Assembly (NCBI GenBank): GCA_043805415.1
Contig: JAZDHZ010000036.1
Coordinates: 4,194 to 68,193, forward strand
DNA length: 64,000 nucleotides
Reading direction: 5' to 3'
Origin: Candidatus Omnitrophota bacterium
GTDB taxonomy: Bacteria; Omnitrophota; Gorgyraeia; B26-G9
How positions within the stretch are numbered: the first letter of the stretch is position 1; each line of letters begins with the position of its first letter. The notes below the pieces were generated by a model that saw only the letters and a program-made list of their open reading frames with translations, made no database searches and was not told where the DNA came from. The position numbers and the translations under genes were made by a program. Shown here in pieces: positions 52,601 to 59,312 of the stretch.

Positions 52601-52661
52601 ATTTAGCAATCTTAAGTTTTTTAAAAAAATAATTTCTCATTTTACCCTTCCCCACCAACAT
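39801..52661 (-). CDS. Giant adhesin, N-terminal part (signal peptide, Ig/FN3-like repeats, HD repeats, DUF2341 + LamG-like module)
   Basis: Signal peptide ending SARA|YD; three PCxAW..PYFEWTGA repeats; NFPVLI..DGFDIVFT..LDHEIE..AWVKIP..YMYYGN followed by a LamG-like domain (about 46200-47160). Confidence 0.92.
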   Translation of the reverse strand: MLVGKGKMRNYFFKKLKIAKSHRILFLILFCFLLIGAFSPSARAYDVWYSSENLNEQTSTSTTTWTEHNTLGWTAEPNTDWLIMWELEWQGATAADSVELQVQLNNSIQLMGYSANDAVKIETVNITNYTTVSGFYVAQNLSGSQYVDFDHRNDDGTTTRVKRSRLIAIPINSQTGYQYAYDTDAGAASYAMTSSMVWENLGASLSISPASAGQYLIMGYCELDVNNVSDSSQIRINIDNSTYKPYADAANRHYMLEAQDTTDWQPVFITSVVNLSAGSHSIGLESRMDDATSGTIRKQRIFAMRLSGIYDFFLDQQYASSQASTASTSNQLLATATIPADTPGEYLIIGQAFGRTSSLSYLQYHEFSHDAADPATDVIQATEYRDYKDLTDYMNANYMAIVNFDANQHEVKAWHRASGGTVYSKDVELFAIRRPADYIKPTVNISVTPNPVGEISSGSLEIKLVFSETMNTGVTPSVTYDPQGDTLAQPCTGGIWSTTSEMNDTYTVYNDNAITAQTGDGPAVVSVSAAQDLAANIMVADGNDTFFIDTTIPINPTLPCSAWDSSSKINPISNDTWQESDNTPYFEWTGATDTGGTGVSGYSVYWGNDANGEPGLTQGQTASNYNVSSGTEDGVYFLRVRTFDVIGNYSEPITLFTFRYDVGAPLNPDIPCAAWQTNLKINPISNNTWQEADDTPYFEWTGANDSGGSGLSGYSVYWGTDINGAPGTNQEQGNANYEVSTPMGDGTYYLRIRTFDNLNHYSTPVTLFTFKYDATAPLNPAIPCNAWDSASKNTLISDNTPQGIDSTPYFEWTGAADGNGQGVSGYSVYWGINPEGNPATVQEQATAQYNVISDANEGTTYYLRVRTFDALGHYSEPAATLFTFIFDSTKPTVSVGVLPDPSGHRAPGELTFTLLFSESMDTGTNPIVTYDPSGATGVQNASLNGYWSTTNNPNDTYTVYNSSAINSATGDGTAAIAISAAKDIAGNIMLNDTNDTFTIDTAIDHFVITHDGSALINTLETITITAKNITNCTVNDFTGQITLSTLNETNQITWTLVSGSGSFVDNGVDNDSATYTFNAADNGVVVLQLTCSAANNLDIEVTDGTHSDDDAEGTLVVSTTALGWFVIEHDNAGVAGVKENVKVTAKDTNGQTKTDYVGTINLDTNGTPTTISWTISTGLGTFSEGGASVDTAQYTFNPNDNGVAIFTIKDTKAETLNILVDDSGIHDNDIEGNLVIAPTALDHFIVGHDAQAIAGIADNVTIIAYDIYNNIKTDYAGTMTVDTNGTATTISWAKISGNGVLTDGDSSVDTATYGFVLSDAGAVVLSITDTKKETIDIDASAEGKTDTDAEGTMVVSAAAIDYFLISHDNAASSGVSEQVTVTAKDIYGNTKSDYSGTITLDTDGTASAISWAKTTGNGIFNDNGESVDTATYAFDSADNGIAVFAITDITAESINISVSGDGKIDNNAEGNLVVGPAIIWSFRVVHDGAGNAGVAETVTITALNSIGQIKTDYTGTITIDTSGTPAAISWAKISGNGTFNDGGTAVDTAVYTFSALDNGVVTLAITDNVVENIDIDISGSGKTDDDSEGLLNIDTALLHHFLIAHDGQAIAGTNENITITAKDTLGQTKTDYTGTIYIDTDGTASTINWTKISGSGTFVDDGSSADTCSYTFSAADNGVVVLAMADTFTETINIAVSGSASDDNSEGLLQVLPGALTKFIISHDNNAFTGQPEHITIAAYDGFNNIKTDYTGSIIVDTTGTATTITWSKYQGAGAFVDGGASVDTATYTYGSADFGVVTLDLTDTTAETINISVSGGGMTDDNTEGNLVITQFLLANWSFHKEITIDRTKVMANLTNFPVLISITDTALRDNARSDGFDIVFTASDGNTKLDHEIESFDKTTGILVAWVKIPSLLSSADTKIYMYYGNSAASDQQNKSGVWDTSYKGVWHLNNDPSATAPQEKDSTSNNNAMTSYGTMTNTDLIDAKIGKGIDFDGSNDYFKKTSPVGVGTPGDYTISAWFNYISSPASYSTIYDHNNYAPQFGFYNQSVAMVYHNGLITSSGTATHNDGQWHKVDFRRVGTMVYFYVDGALHGTGTHSATFPTATSALIGWSNYSTEYWLGKLDEVRYAITARSPEWIATEYNNQNSPTTFISVGLAATATANPVITDTIPVGQTGNLILDVSVTNNEGSTLTINSVTLNNVGTVSDSEISAVKLYYDSNNSLDYTPEVDTQVGNSGFSSGSKIFSGFNIDIPAGATQYLFAVIDLSSACASGKLLDVAIPISGIGFSNGKKLGSAVLNSSGTRQTYIGLDHFLISHDGAAIAGLDENITIIAKDAYGNTKTDYTGTITVDTNGTPESITWSKYAGSGVFNDGGVSLDTAIYTFTQSDAGVVVLNISDEIAEIINISASGDGKSDDNTETDLTVSAGLVNHFIVSHDGSGIAGAGEIISVTVKDSFGNTVNNYSGQITLGTNGSVDDINWTLDSGSGVFFNNGAGAGTAIYTFDPSDTGLARFEIVDNKAETLNIIAVGDGKYDDDSEGDLIIAPGELNHFVISHEGQAIAGNAEAISITALDGFGNIKNNYTGTINLDTTGTATKITWALNTGNGIFTDNGASLDTATYTFNALDNGTAVFNLTDTKTETINISVSAGSVTDDNTEGNLVITSGDIDHFVINHDGIATTDVSEQVMITAYDAYENIKDDYTGVTTLDTTGTVTTISWTLISGEGVFNDAGSSADTATYTFVPADAGIVILSIIDYTAESVNISVSGDGKNDSNNEGDLVFVSSGIDHFLIVHDGNAIAGIGESISIYAKNANGDTLTSYGGQITIDTTGTSGTIAWALQSGNGTFNDSGADADTCSYMYDDSDLGVVVLTITDSSEESVNISVSGEGKSDNNTEGNLVFNPAGLHHFTITHDGNAVAGIADTVTIAAKDANNNTLTAYTGQIDLDTTGTATTISWAKITGNGSFSDGGALADTATYSYVASDNGTCVLSITDTIVESLNISVSGAGKSDDDKEGTLTVGPGAIDYFSINHDGSAVAGIADNITIVAYDSYGNIKTNYTGQISMDTNGTAGTITWAKATGLGTFVDGGASVDTATYTFLAADNGQCILKITDTTAESLNISVTGDGKTDNDSEGNLIVGPTSIDHFVVNHDGNAEAGVAETVTIKAYDSYLNIKDNYTGTITLDTNGTATTITWLKITGNGVFTDNGALVDTATYTYADSDDGIVVLSVSDTKKENIDIDVFGGGKTDNDSEGNLIVGPTSIDHFVIIHDGNAEAGVAENVTVRAYDLYSNIKDNYTGTITLDTNGTATTITWSKITGNGTLADGGALVDTATYTYADSDDGIVVLAITDTKKEVINLAVFGDGKNDTNAEGDIIIGPSLIDHFTIFHDGSAVVNLGESITIYAKDVWENIKDNYTGQITLDTNGTPTAIDWTLTAGVGVFQDGGASLDTALYTFSDADDGMVVLSLNDSTAETINILVSGDGKSDDNTESNLVINPVGGLNTGYLSPTANSGNFTSPANAYANDASRATSYNGQSQQYYNYGVNIPAGSTILGIAVQLDAYASSTTGLTQGLVELSWDGGTSFTTTGKITPDMITSEVTYVLGGPTDVWGRTWTVDNFTNANFRVRINASTPSTTIYLYLDWIPARIYYELPPDAIANAVSTTPIAAGASNVLSLDVTVTNTASQARVINSLVINNTGTLSDTEISSLKLYYDSNNSNDYTTGVDNQVGSGVFNSGTKTFTGLNISVPASGSEDIFVVCALAQTVNDADTLDIQIPVNGISFVYGVQIEDTVLNSAGIIPVSLALDHFVIQHDQSAITGIPEQITLTARDIYGNIKTSYSGTITLDTTGTATAITWAKVTGNGIFTEGGASVDTATYAFSASDNGTAVFSLVDNKAESINISASGDAKTDDNTEGNLVIASGGIDHFLITHDAAAIAGIAENVTVTAKDAFNNTVSNYTGQINLDTNGTAAGISWQLLTGFGIFTDGGQGVDTATYTFNASDNSTATFALTSTTAESLNIAVTGDSKSDDNTEGNLVVSAAVLDHFLLAHDGAAQAGILDTITITAKDQYGNTKKNYTEQITLDTNGTVSTITWAKISGNGTFVDGGLSVDTATYVYSLADDGVVVLSLQDTTLEQLNISVSGSGKTDDDTEGMLNVGPGIIDHFSIVHDGFALQNQPESIIIKAYDAYNNIKTDYTGLITVDTDGTANAINWALSTGNGVFNDGGASVDTATYTFAGADNGQVTLLLTDTVSEIINIAVSGDAKTDDDYEGGFGSSCRGISSF

Positions 52662-52705
52662 ATTTAAATACTATTTATAATTGATATAAAACACTAAACT
52701 AATCA

Positions 52706-52722
52706 AGCAATTAATGTGCCAA
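52706..52722 (-). promoter_or_regulatory. Sigma54 (-24/-12) promoter of the giant adhesin gene
   Basis: Minus strand TTGGCAC-ATTAA-TTGCT, consensus spacing. Confidence 0.85.
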
Positions 52723-52831
52723 TATGGATTATAAAAACATGTTTTACCAAACTCATAACATCTTAATTTTAAGCACTTTATGAATAGCGATTTTTAGTAA
52801 ATAATTTACAATTCAAATTAAATTAAATAAG

Positions 52832-52868
52832 TGTGTAAATATCACCTCATTGTGTATTATTTTACACG
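52832..52868. promoter_or_regulatory. Tandem candidate enhancer (UAS) sites
   Basis: TGTGTAAATATCACCTCA and TGTGTATTATTTTACACG (GTGTA-N6-TACAC palindrome), about 110-145 bp upstream of the sigma54 site. Confidence 0.6.
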
Positions 52869-52884
52869 CTTAACACAGTAAAAC

Positions 52885-52913
52885 TAACATTTCAAGCAAT
52901 GCTCATTATGTTA
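52885..52913. repeat. Palindromic flanking repeat, copy 1
   Basis: TAACATTTCAAGCAATGCTCATTATGTTA; overlaps the transposase stop codon. Confidence 0.85.
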
Positions 52914-53801
52914 TATTTGGTTATTATGGCTGGTAGCAGGATTACTGATTAGCTTGCGGGAAATAAGCTGTCGGCTTTTGTGTAACATTTTGGCGATTTC
53001 TGAAATTGTACAGCCGTTAGAAAGTAGCTGCTCCCCTAGATATTTTATAGCCGCTACATCTTCCGGTTGGGTAAAGTGCTTGATTTTTTTAGTTCTTTCT
53101 ATTTCATCACATAGCTTCAAGGTATCTTCATCTACGTTATCTACCTTATTTTTTGACTTCATGTAATATGCAAATTCCAGCCTAAACTTATTTAAGGCAT
53201 TTAAATCCTGAGAGATAGTATTTAGTTGTACATTTATAGCATCGTTTATTAAATTAATATATATTTCTTTTGATTTCTCAGTATTGGCGTTTAACATATT
53301 TAAGATAAAATCGCAATCAACAAAACTTTGCCTGCTAATTCTGTCTACAAATAAATTTAAAGAACTCCACCTGTATTTACCTAATTCCTTTATTAACCTT
53401 GCTTTAAGCGGATTCAAATGAATATACAAAGATATAGCAAGCAAATATTTCTCTTTTAAACATAAACACGCCCTAAAAGGCTTACAAAAAACCGGACCTT
53501 TTCTTGAGTATTTCGCATTAAGATATTTAGCGTATTTTTCAAATAAATATTTTGCTCCCAACGAAAGATTTTCATCTTCTATTTGAACCAATAAATGCAA
53601 ATGATTAGGCATCAAGCAAAATGAGAATATCTTCCAGTTAAATTTCTGCGGAATACTTTTTAACAATGAAAGCATGTAAAGATAATCGCTATCTTCTAGG
53701 AATAGCACCTCTTTCCCCGGCGCCCGGTGAGTAATATGATAAATAGCATTAGGATAGATTATTCTGTCCCTGGACAGCGGAACCCCTTCTATCTTTCTCA
53801 T
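52911..53801 (-). mobile_element. RAYT/Y1 (IS200-like) transposase with C-terminal HTH
   Basis: IYHITHR, CLMPNHLHLL, LYIHLNP, YRWSS, HTH-like TISEIAKMLHKSRQLISRKL; flanked by palindromic repeats. Confidence 0.88.
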
Positions 53802-53842
53802 TCATCCTCCTTTCTCTCGATATAATTTTAAACTAGATTTCG

Positions 53843-53871
53843 TAACATTTCAAGCATTGCTCGTTTTGTTA
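53843..53871. repeat. Palindromic flanking repeat, copy 2
   Basis: TAACATTTCAAGCATTGCTCGTTTTGTTA, 26/29 identical to copy 1, same orientation. Confidence 0.85.
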
Positions 53872-53882
53872 CTTGTAGGGAA

Positions 53883-55262
53883 TTAGCGGGGTTTTAGCTT
53901 GTGGGTTTTTAATTTCTTGTGCAGGTTCCTTCTGTCCAGGCCTATCTCTTTTGCTGCCCGGCTCACATTTCCTTCATGCCGCATAAGGGCCTCTGTTAAG
54001 AATCTCTGCTCAAAAGCCTCGATCGCCCTTTGCTTTGCTTTTTTAAAATTAAGCGTCCGCGACTTATCTCTTAGCTCAGCAGTCTGAGCAGTTCTCACAA
54101 CCTGCGGCAAATCAGCCAAATCAATCTTATTTTCTGTAGCCATAACCACAGCACGATGCACAATATTTTCTAATTCCCGCACATTGCCAGGCCAGGAATA
54201 ATCCATAAGAATTTTCAGCGCCGCACTGGTCATTCCCTCGACTTTTTTTGCTTCAATCCGGTTATACTTTAAAATAAAATGCTCCACCAGCATGGGAATA
54301 TCTTCCGCTCTATCCATAAGCGGTGGAATCCATAAAGGCACGACATTTAAACGATAGAAAAGATCCTCCCGAAAAGTACCTTTTTTTACCGCGTTTTCAA
54401 TATTTTCATTACTTGCCGCGATTAGCCGCACATCAACTGTCCGATTTAAGGCCTCGCCAACCCGCTTAATCTGCCCGTCCTGAAGAACTCTTAACAGTTT
54501 TGCCTGCACTTCTTTGGAAATATGCCCGATTTCATCCAGGAAAATTGTTCCGCCATCAGCCACTTCAAACAAGCCTTTTTTATCCTGACTTGCTCCGGTA
54601 AAAGCACCCCGGATATGGCCAAATAATTCACTTTCCAGTAAACTTTCAGTTAAAGCCGCGCAATCAACCGGCACAAAACTCTTTTCTTGTCTTGGACTTA
54701 AAGCATGGATTGCCCTGGCAACCAGTTCTTTTCCTGTGCCAGTCTGGCCTTGAATTAAAACCGTGCTTTTCGTGGGAGCTACTTTCTTAATCAATTCAAA
54801 CATTTTAAGCATAAACGCATTTTCCGAAATAATATCAGAAAAAGTATATGTTTTTTTAAGCTCTTGGCGCAAAGCTAAATTTTCCGCTTCCAGCCGCTTC
54901 TTTTCCAAAGCTTTATCTATAACAATCAATATTGCCTCAATCTCAAAAGGCTTTGAAAGATAATCATATGCCCCGGATTTTATTGCCCGGATAGCGTTTT
55001 CCATTGTGCCATATGCTGTCATCATAATAACTATTACCTGGGGAAACTTGGCTTTTATTTTACTTAAAAGCTGCAAACCATCCATACCCGGCATCTTAAA
55101 ATCAATTATTGCCAAATCCGGAACCTGCTTTTCAATTAATTCCAGGGCAACATTGCCATTTTCAGCAGTTGTAACTTTATAACCATTATCAATAAGCAAT
55201 TTATTTAAAAACTGCCTCATGCCTTGCTCATCATCTACAACTAAAATATGCTCTTTTTTCAT
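53883..55262 (-). CDS. Sigma54-dependent NtrC-family response regulator
   Basis: REC (LVVDDE, DFKMPGMDG), GQTGTGKE, GAFTGA, FREDLFYRLNV, WPGNVRELEN, Fis-type HTH. Confidence 0.96.
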   Translation of the reverse strand: MKKEHILVVDDEQGMRQFLNKLLIDNGYKVTTAENGNVALELIEKQVPDLAIIDFKMPGMDGLQLLSKIKAKFPQVIVIMMTAYGTMENAIRAIKSGAYDYLSKPFEIEAILIVIDKALEKKRLEAENLALRQELKKTYTFSDIISENAFMLKMFELIKKVAPTKSTVLIQGQTGTGKELVARAIHALSPRQEKSFVPVDCAALTESLLESELFGHIRGAFTGASQDKKGLFEVADGGTIFLDEIGHISKEVQAKLLRVLQDGQIKRVGEALNRTVDVRLIAASNENIENAVKKGTFREDLFYRLNVVPLWIPPLMDRAEDIPMLVEHFILKYNRIEAKKVEGMTSAALKILMDYSWPGNVRELENIVHRAVVMATENKIDLADLPQVVRTAQTAELRDKSRTLNFKKAKQRAIEAFEQRFLTEALMRHEGNVSRAAKEIGLDRRNLHKKLKTHKLKPR

Positions 55263-55271
55263 TATTAATAT

Positions 55272-57227
55272 TTATCCCTTAATTGGTAACAATACTTCTA
55301 CTGAGGTACCTTTACCCCATTGACTTTCAATTTTTATATCTCCTCCATGAGCCTGGACTATGCCATAGCTTAAAGATAATCCCAATCCTGATCCCTTACC
55401 CTGATCTTTTGTGGAAAAGAATGGCTCAAAAATTCTATTTAGATTCTCTTTGGGAATTCCTTCCCCAGTATCTTTAAACAAAACTTTTATTTGATCACCC
55501 GCTCTTTGGGTTGAAATTTTAAGACTGCCGCCTTGCGGCATACTTGCTTCTGCATTCAGAATAATATTTATAAACACCTGCTCAAGATGGATCTGATCAG
55601 CTAAAACACTTGGTAAATTTTCCCCTAGGATTTTAGTAATTTCGATATTTTTATTTAAAATCCGGTTTTGGGTAAAGATTAAAGCATTTTCAATTGCCTG
55701 ATTAATATCCACAAAAACCATCTGCATTTGCTTTTCGCGGGCAAACTGGATTAAACTGTTTACAATATATGAGCAACGTCTTGTATAGCTTTCAATTGTC
55801 TCAAGCAGCTGGATTGATTCCTGAGGATTAGCTAAAGATTTTTTTTCTTTTAATTCTTTTATCAGCATTTGCGCGTGCCCCAAAATTACACCCAAGGGGT
55901 TATTAATTTCATGCGCAATCCCTGCGGATAGCACCCCGAGTGAAGCCATTTTTTCCGATTCAATCAGCATTTGCTGTTTGGCATTAAGATCCTTGGTTAC
56001 TTGTTCAATTTTATCTTGCAAACGCAGATTCCAATCTTCAATTTCTTTTTTAGAACCAGCTAATTCATCGGACATATGATTAAACGCGCGGGTTAAATCA
56101 CCAATCTCATCATTAGAAAAGATCATAACTTTTTTGGAAAAATCTCCCTGAGCAATGGCTTTAGTCATCTTTATAAGCTCATGAATTGGTCCAATAATCG
56201 ACAGCTTGAAAAATATTCCGATTATAAGCACAAACGCGCAAATAATCACAAAACTCATTAGAATAATCGAATTTCTCCGCGCGCGAATCAAGGAAAACAC
56301 TTGCTCTGATGAAATCAAAATCCCTACCGCGCCCAGTGATTTCTTTTGATTGTCTAAACTAATATAAAGCGGACTAATAATCTCCGTTAAATATTCCTTT
56401 TCCCCCACTTTATGCTTTATTACTTTTTCATCTTGCATCACCTTAAGATAAATTGATTTTTCTTGCTCGTTTAGCGCTAAATTACCGCGCCCTTTAGTCG
56501 CGGATATTAAAAACTGCAAATCTTTTAAAAATATTTTTATATCGCGGATTTCTTTATCTTTGAGCATATTACCGATTAAGTCTTCCAAATAAGTAGAATT
56601 TCTTTTAACCTCAGCTAAAACAAGTTCCAAAGATTTTGAAAGTGATGTCGCAAATCTTAAAGCTTCCTCTTTGTAGTAGGCATTGCGATTTTTTCTTAAG
56701 GCTGTAACAATCTCTCCTTTTTGCGAAGGAAACCTTGCTTTCATCTGCATAATCCCCAGCAGCTCATTCTTATTTATATCAGAGGCAAATAAAGGCAGAA
56801 AATGGATAACAATCTCCCGCCCCAACTCAGATTTAACAATAGCTCTTGAGCGCTTAGTTTTAAGCACATCATCAATTATTGATATATACTGAACCTCTGG
56901 CACTGATCCAATTTGATGTTCAGAACTAGCGGCAATAACAACTTTTTCTTGGGCAATAATTACAATTTCTTCAATATCTTCATTGCTCTGAGTTAATTTT
57001 TCTACGTTTTGTTGCAAAGCCTCATAGGCTCGCAAATTACTTCCCAGGATATTATCAAGATGCGCCCCGAGAATAGACGAGAATAACCCAGCCTTATCCA
57101 GGATGCGAGCTTTAAGCTCTTTGGTCTGCATACTGATTAGAAAGGAAAATACTGCGGCAATAATCACCACAATAATAACTATCTGGATTGTAAGTTTTTG
57201 AATCAGCCGATTATTCATAGCCCTCAC
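55272..57227 (-). CDS. Membrane sensor histidine kinase (large periplasmic domain, HAMP)
   Basis: Two TMs, HAMP (DEIGDLTRAFN), AHEINNPL, NIILNA, DTGEG, PFFSTK, GSGLGL; overlaps the rSAM stop. Confidence 0.95.
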   Translation of the reverse strand: MRAMNNRLIQKLTIQIVIIVVIIAAVFSFLISMQTKELKARILDKAGLFSSILGAHLDNILGSNLRAYEALQQNVEKLTQSNEDIEEIVIIAQEKVVIAASSEHQIGSVPEVQYISIIDDVLKTKRSRAIVKSELGREIVIHFLPLFASDINKNELLGIMQMKARFPSQKGEIVTALRKNRNAYYKEEALRFATSLSKSLELVLAEVKRNSTYLEDLIGNMLKDKEIRDIKIFLKDLQFLISATKGRGNLALNEQEKSIYLKVMQDEKVIKHKVGEKEYLTEIISPLYISLDNQKKSLGAVGILISSEQVFSLIRARRNSIILMSFVIICAFVLIIGIFFKLSIIGPIHELIKMTKAIAQGDFSKKVMIFSNDEIGDLTRAFNHMSDELAGSKKEIEDWNLRLQDKIEQVTKDLNAKQQMLIESEKMASLGVLSAGIAHEINNPLGVILGHAQMLIKELKEKKSLANPQESIQLLETIESYTRRCSYIVNSLIQFAREKQMQMVFVDINQAIENALIFTQNRILNKNIEITKILGENLPSVLADQIHLEQVFINIILNAEASMPQGGSLKISTQRAGDQIKVLFKDTGEGIPKENLNRIFEPFFSTKDQGKGSGLGLSLSYGIVQAHGGDIKIESQWGKGTSVEVLLPIKG

Positions 57228-58239
57228 TTATTAAGAATTGTTTTTGTTTTATTGTCTCATAAACTGCTGCATTAAGGCAAGCAATGCTTGATATCCCAAA
57301 AGCGTCACCGTCTTCAAGATAGGCTAAGCCAGGGCATCTTGTGCAAAAACATGATAGCTTGCAATTATTACATTGCTCAATATTTATTTTTTTTCTCAGC
57401 TTAGTTAAAAATTTCGAATTTGCCCAGATGTCTTTAAAATCAGCTTCAAAAACATTGCCTAATTTTTCCGGAAGCTGAATACAAGGATAAACATCGCCTT
57501 TGGCCGAAATACTGGCCATAACAGTCCCCGCAGGACAAGTAAAATCATCCGCAACTTGATTTTGAAAAACAGCTTTTTGCTTTAATAATGCATCTTGATA
57601 AAAAGCACCCAGCTGCTCCTCAGATAAGCGGTAAATTAAAACATCCTTTGATCCGTCATCTTTAGGCGAAACAATTGGGTCAATAATATAAGGCACCTTA
57701 AGCTCATTTGCCAGTTTAATCACATCTTTATACTCAGCAAAGTTGTCTTTCATTAATGTGCATTTTAAATTAACCGGAATTTGCTCATTTTTTAATAAGC
57801 TTATCGCGTTTATTGATTTAGCAAAAGCTCCTTGGCAGCCAGTAATCTTGTCATGGGTTTTTGCCGACGCGCCTTGAATACTTATCCCTACTTCACTTAG
57901 ATTTAATTTCTGAATAGTCTTAATATTACTCTGATTTATTAAAGTACCATTAGTAAACAGTGATAAGTCAAAGCCGCTTTGGCGCAAATAAAAACATATA
58001 TCAAAAATATCCTGTTTTGTAAAAATCTCACCGCCAGTTAGCGATAAAAACAAAGTCCCTGCCTGCCTTAATTGCCTGGCAATATCCTTAACCTGAGCAA
58101 AACTAAGTTCGGCATTATCTTTAAAATTATAACAGTGACAACAACTAATGTTGCAGCGCCTGGTCAGCTCAAGAACAACACTAATTGGGATTGCTTTTTT
58201 CTTTAAATCTTCTTTTACTTTATCCCAGATAGTTTTCAT
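57211..58239 (-). CDS. Radical SAM/SPASM peptide maturase-like enzyme
   Basis: CNISCCHC, TGGE, SPASM CPAG..GDVYPC..CNNC..CTRCPG..C; next to PqqD. Confidence 0.92.
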   Translation of the reverse strand: MKTIWDKVKEDLKKKAIPISVVLELTRRCNISCCHCYNFKDNAELSFAQVKDIARQLRQAGTLFLSLTGGEIFTKQDIFDICFYLRQSGFDLSLFTNGTLINQSNIKTIQKLNLSEVGISIQGASAKTHDKITGCQGAFAKSINAISLLKNEQIPVNLKCTLMKDNFAEYKDVIKLANELKVPYIIDPIVSPKDDGSKDVLIYRLSEEQLGAFYQDALLKQKAVFQNQVADDFTCPAGTVMASISAKGDVYPCIQLPEKLGNVFEADFKDIWANSKFLTKLRKKINIEQCNNCKLSCFCTRCPGLAYLEDGDAFGISSIACLNAAVYETIKQKQFLISEGYE

Positions 58240-58243
58240 TTAA

Positions 58244-58519
58244 TTATCCAGTTATTTCAATTATCGATTTTTCTGATAATTCTTTTAGAAAAATCTCAAC
58301 ATCTTCTTGTATTTGCCAAGGCGGAGCATCATACTCTGCTTGGATTTGTTCGAGCAATTCTTTCTGCTTTATTGGATTTTCAATCAATTGCCAGATTCTT
58401 CCTCCTACACCTTCGAGAATATGCATTTTTCTAGTTTGGCTTGTTACTACAATAATATTCTCTTCAACCTGCTGCCAAGCTGCTTGGCTGTTCCGCACTA
58501 TTGTTTTTGCTGATTCCAT
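58244..58519 (-). CDS. PqqD-family RiPP recognition element
   Basis: LEGVGGRIWQLIE..LLEQIQAEYD..IQEDVEIFLKELSEKSII. Confidence 0.92.
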   Translation of the reverse strand: MESAKTIVRNSQAAWQQVEENIIVVTSQTRKMHILEGVGGRIWQLIENPIKQKELLEQIQAEYDAPPWQIQEDVEIFLKELSEKSIIEITG

Positions 58520-59285
58520 TAATTATCCTCCTAAGATCAAAATTGAATAAATCAACCCTATATCCGCGAATACAATCGCATACAGACTTAACCTGATTGA
58601 TTAACTTCTGATTAGATTCATCATCCCAGGCAAAAAAGAAAATATTTGCCAATAGATTAGAAAACGTTTCCATTTTACTTAAAACCCTAAAACCATTAGG
58701 TATATTTTTACTTAAAAATGATATCATCTGCAAATAAACACATTGACTTGATATTGGCCCATCAAATTCACCTTTAAACGGAGTTGAAAAAAGATAAACC
58801 TTGCCATTCACGTGTCTGATAATAACTAGTTCATCACTCAGAACTTGAAAATCTTTGGCCATTTTTGCTGTGGTTGTTTTCCCGCTTTCTGATGCCCCGG
58901 CAAATAAATAACCATTATCTTGGCAAGCCAGCCCAACCGAATGCACAAGAAAACCATTATTTTCTAATAATACAACGGAATAAAATACCCGTAAAAAACA
59001 ATTAAAAACCCCTGCTAAATCAGCTAAATGCACTTTTGCGGTCTTATGCTCCACATTTATGCTGCCGATAAACTCATCGCCTTGTACTTTAAACACCGCT
59101 TTTTTTTTAAAAACACTGATTGAATCTATTTCTTGAGGGGTATAATCATGGATGACTTCAATTAAAAAATAATCACTGCTGTCTTTGGCTTGGACAAATG
59201 CGCTAAATTCCTGGGCGATTTTTTTAATAAAATCAAGATCGTCACTTTTGATTTTTAAGCATATCCCGCCAATTGATAAATACAT
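58464..59285 (-). CDS. HPr-kinase-related P-loop protein (ScmC/HprK-related)
   Basis: FLVHSVGL..YLFAGASESGKTT..VLSDELV..STPF. Confidence 0.85.
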   Translation of the reverse strand: MYLSIGGICLKIKSDDLDFIKKIAQEFSAFVQAKDSSDYFLIEVIHDYTPQEIDSISVFKKKAVFKVQGDEFIGSINVEHKTAKVHLADLAGVFNCFLRVFYSVVLLENNGFLVHSVGLACQDNGYLFAGASESGKTTTAKMAKDFQVLSDELVIIRHVNGKVYLFSTPFKGEFDGPISSQCVYLQMISFLSKNIPNGFRVLSKMETFSNLLANIFFFAWDDESNQKLINQVKSVCDCIRGYRVDLFNFDLRRIINGISKNNSAEQPSSLAAG

Positions 59286-59312
59286 AGATGAGCTCGCTTT
59301 GCTTTTAATAAC

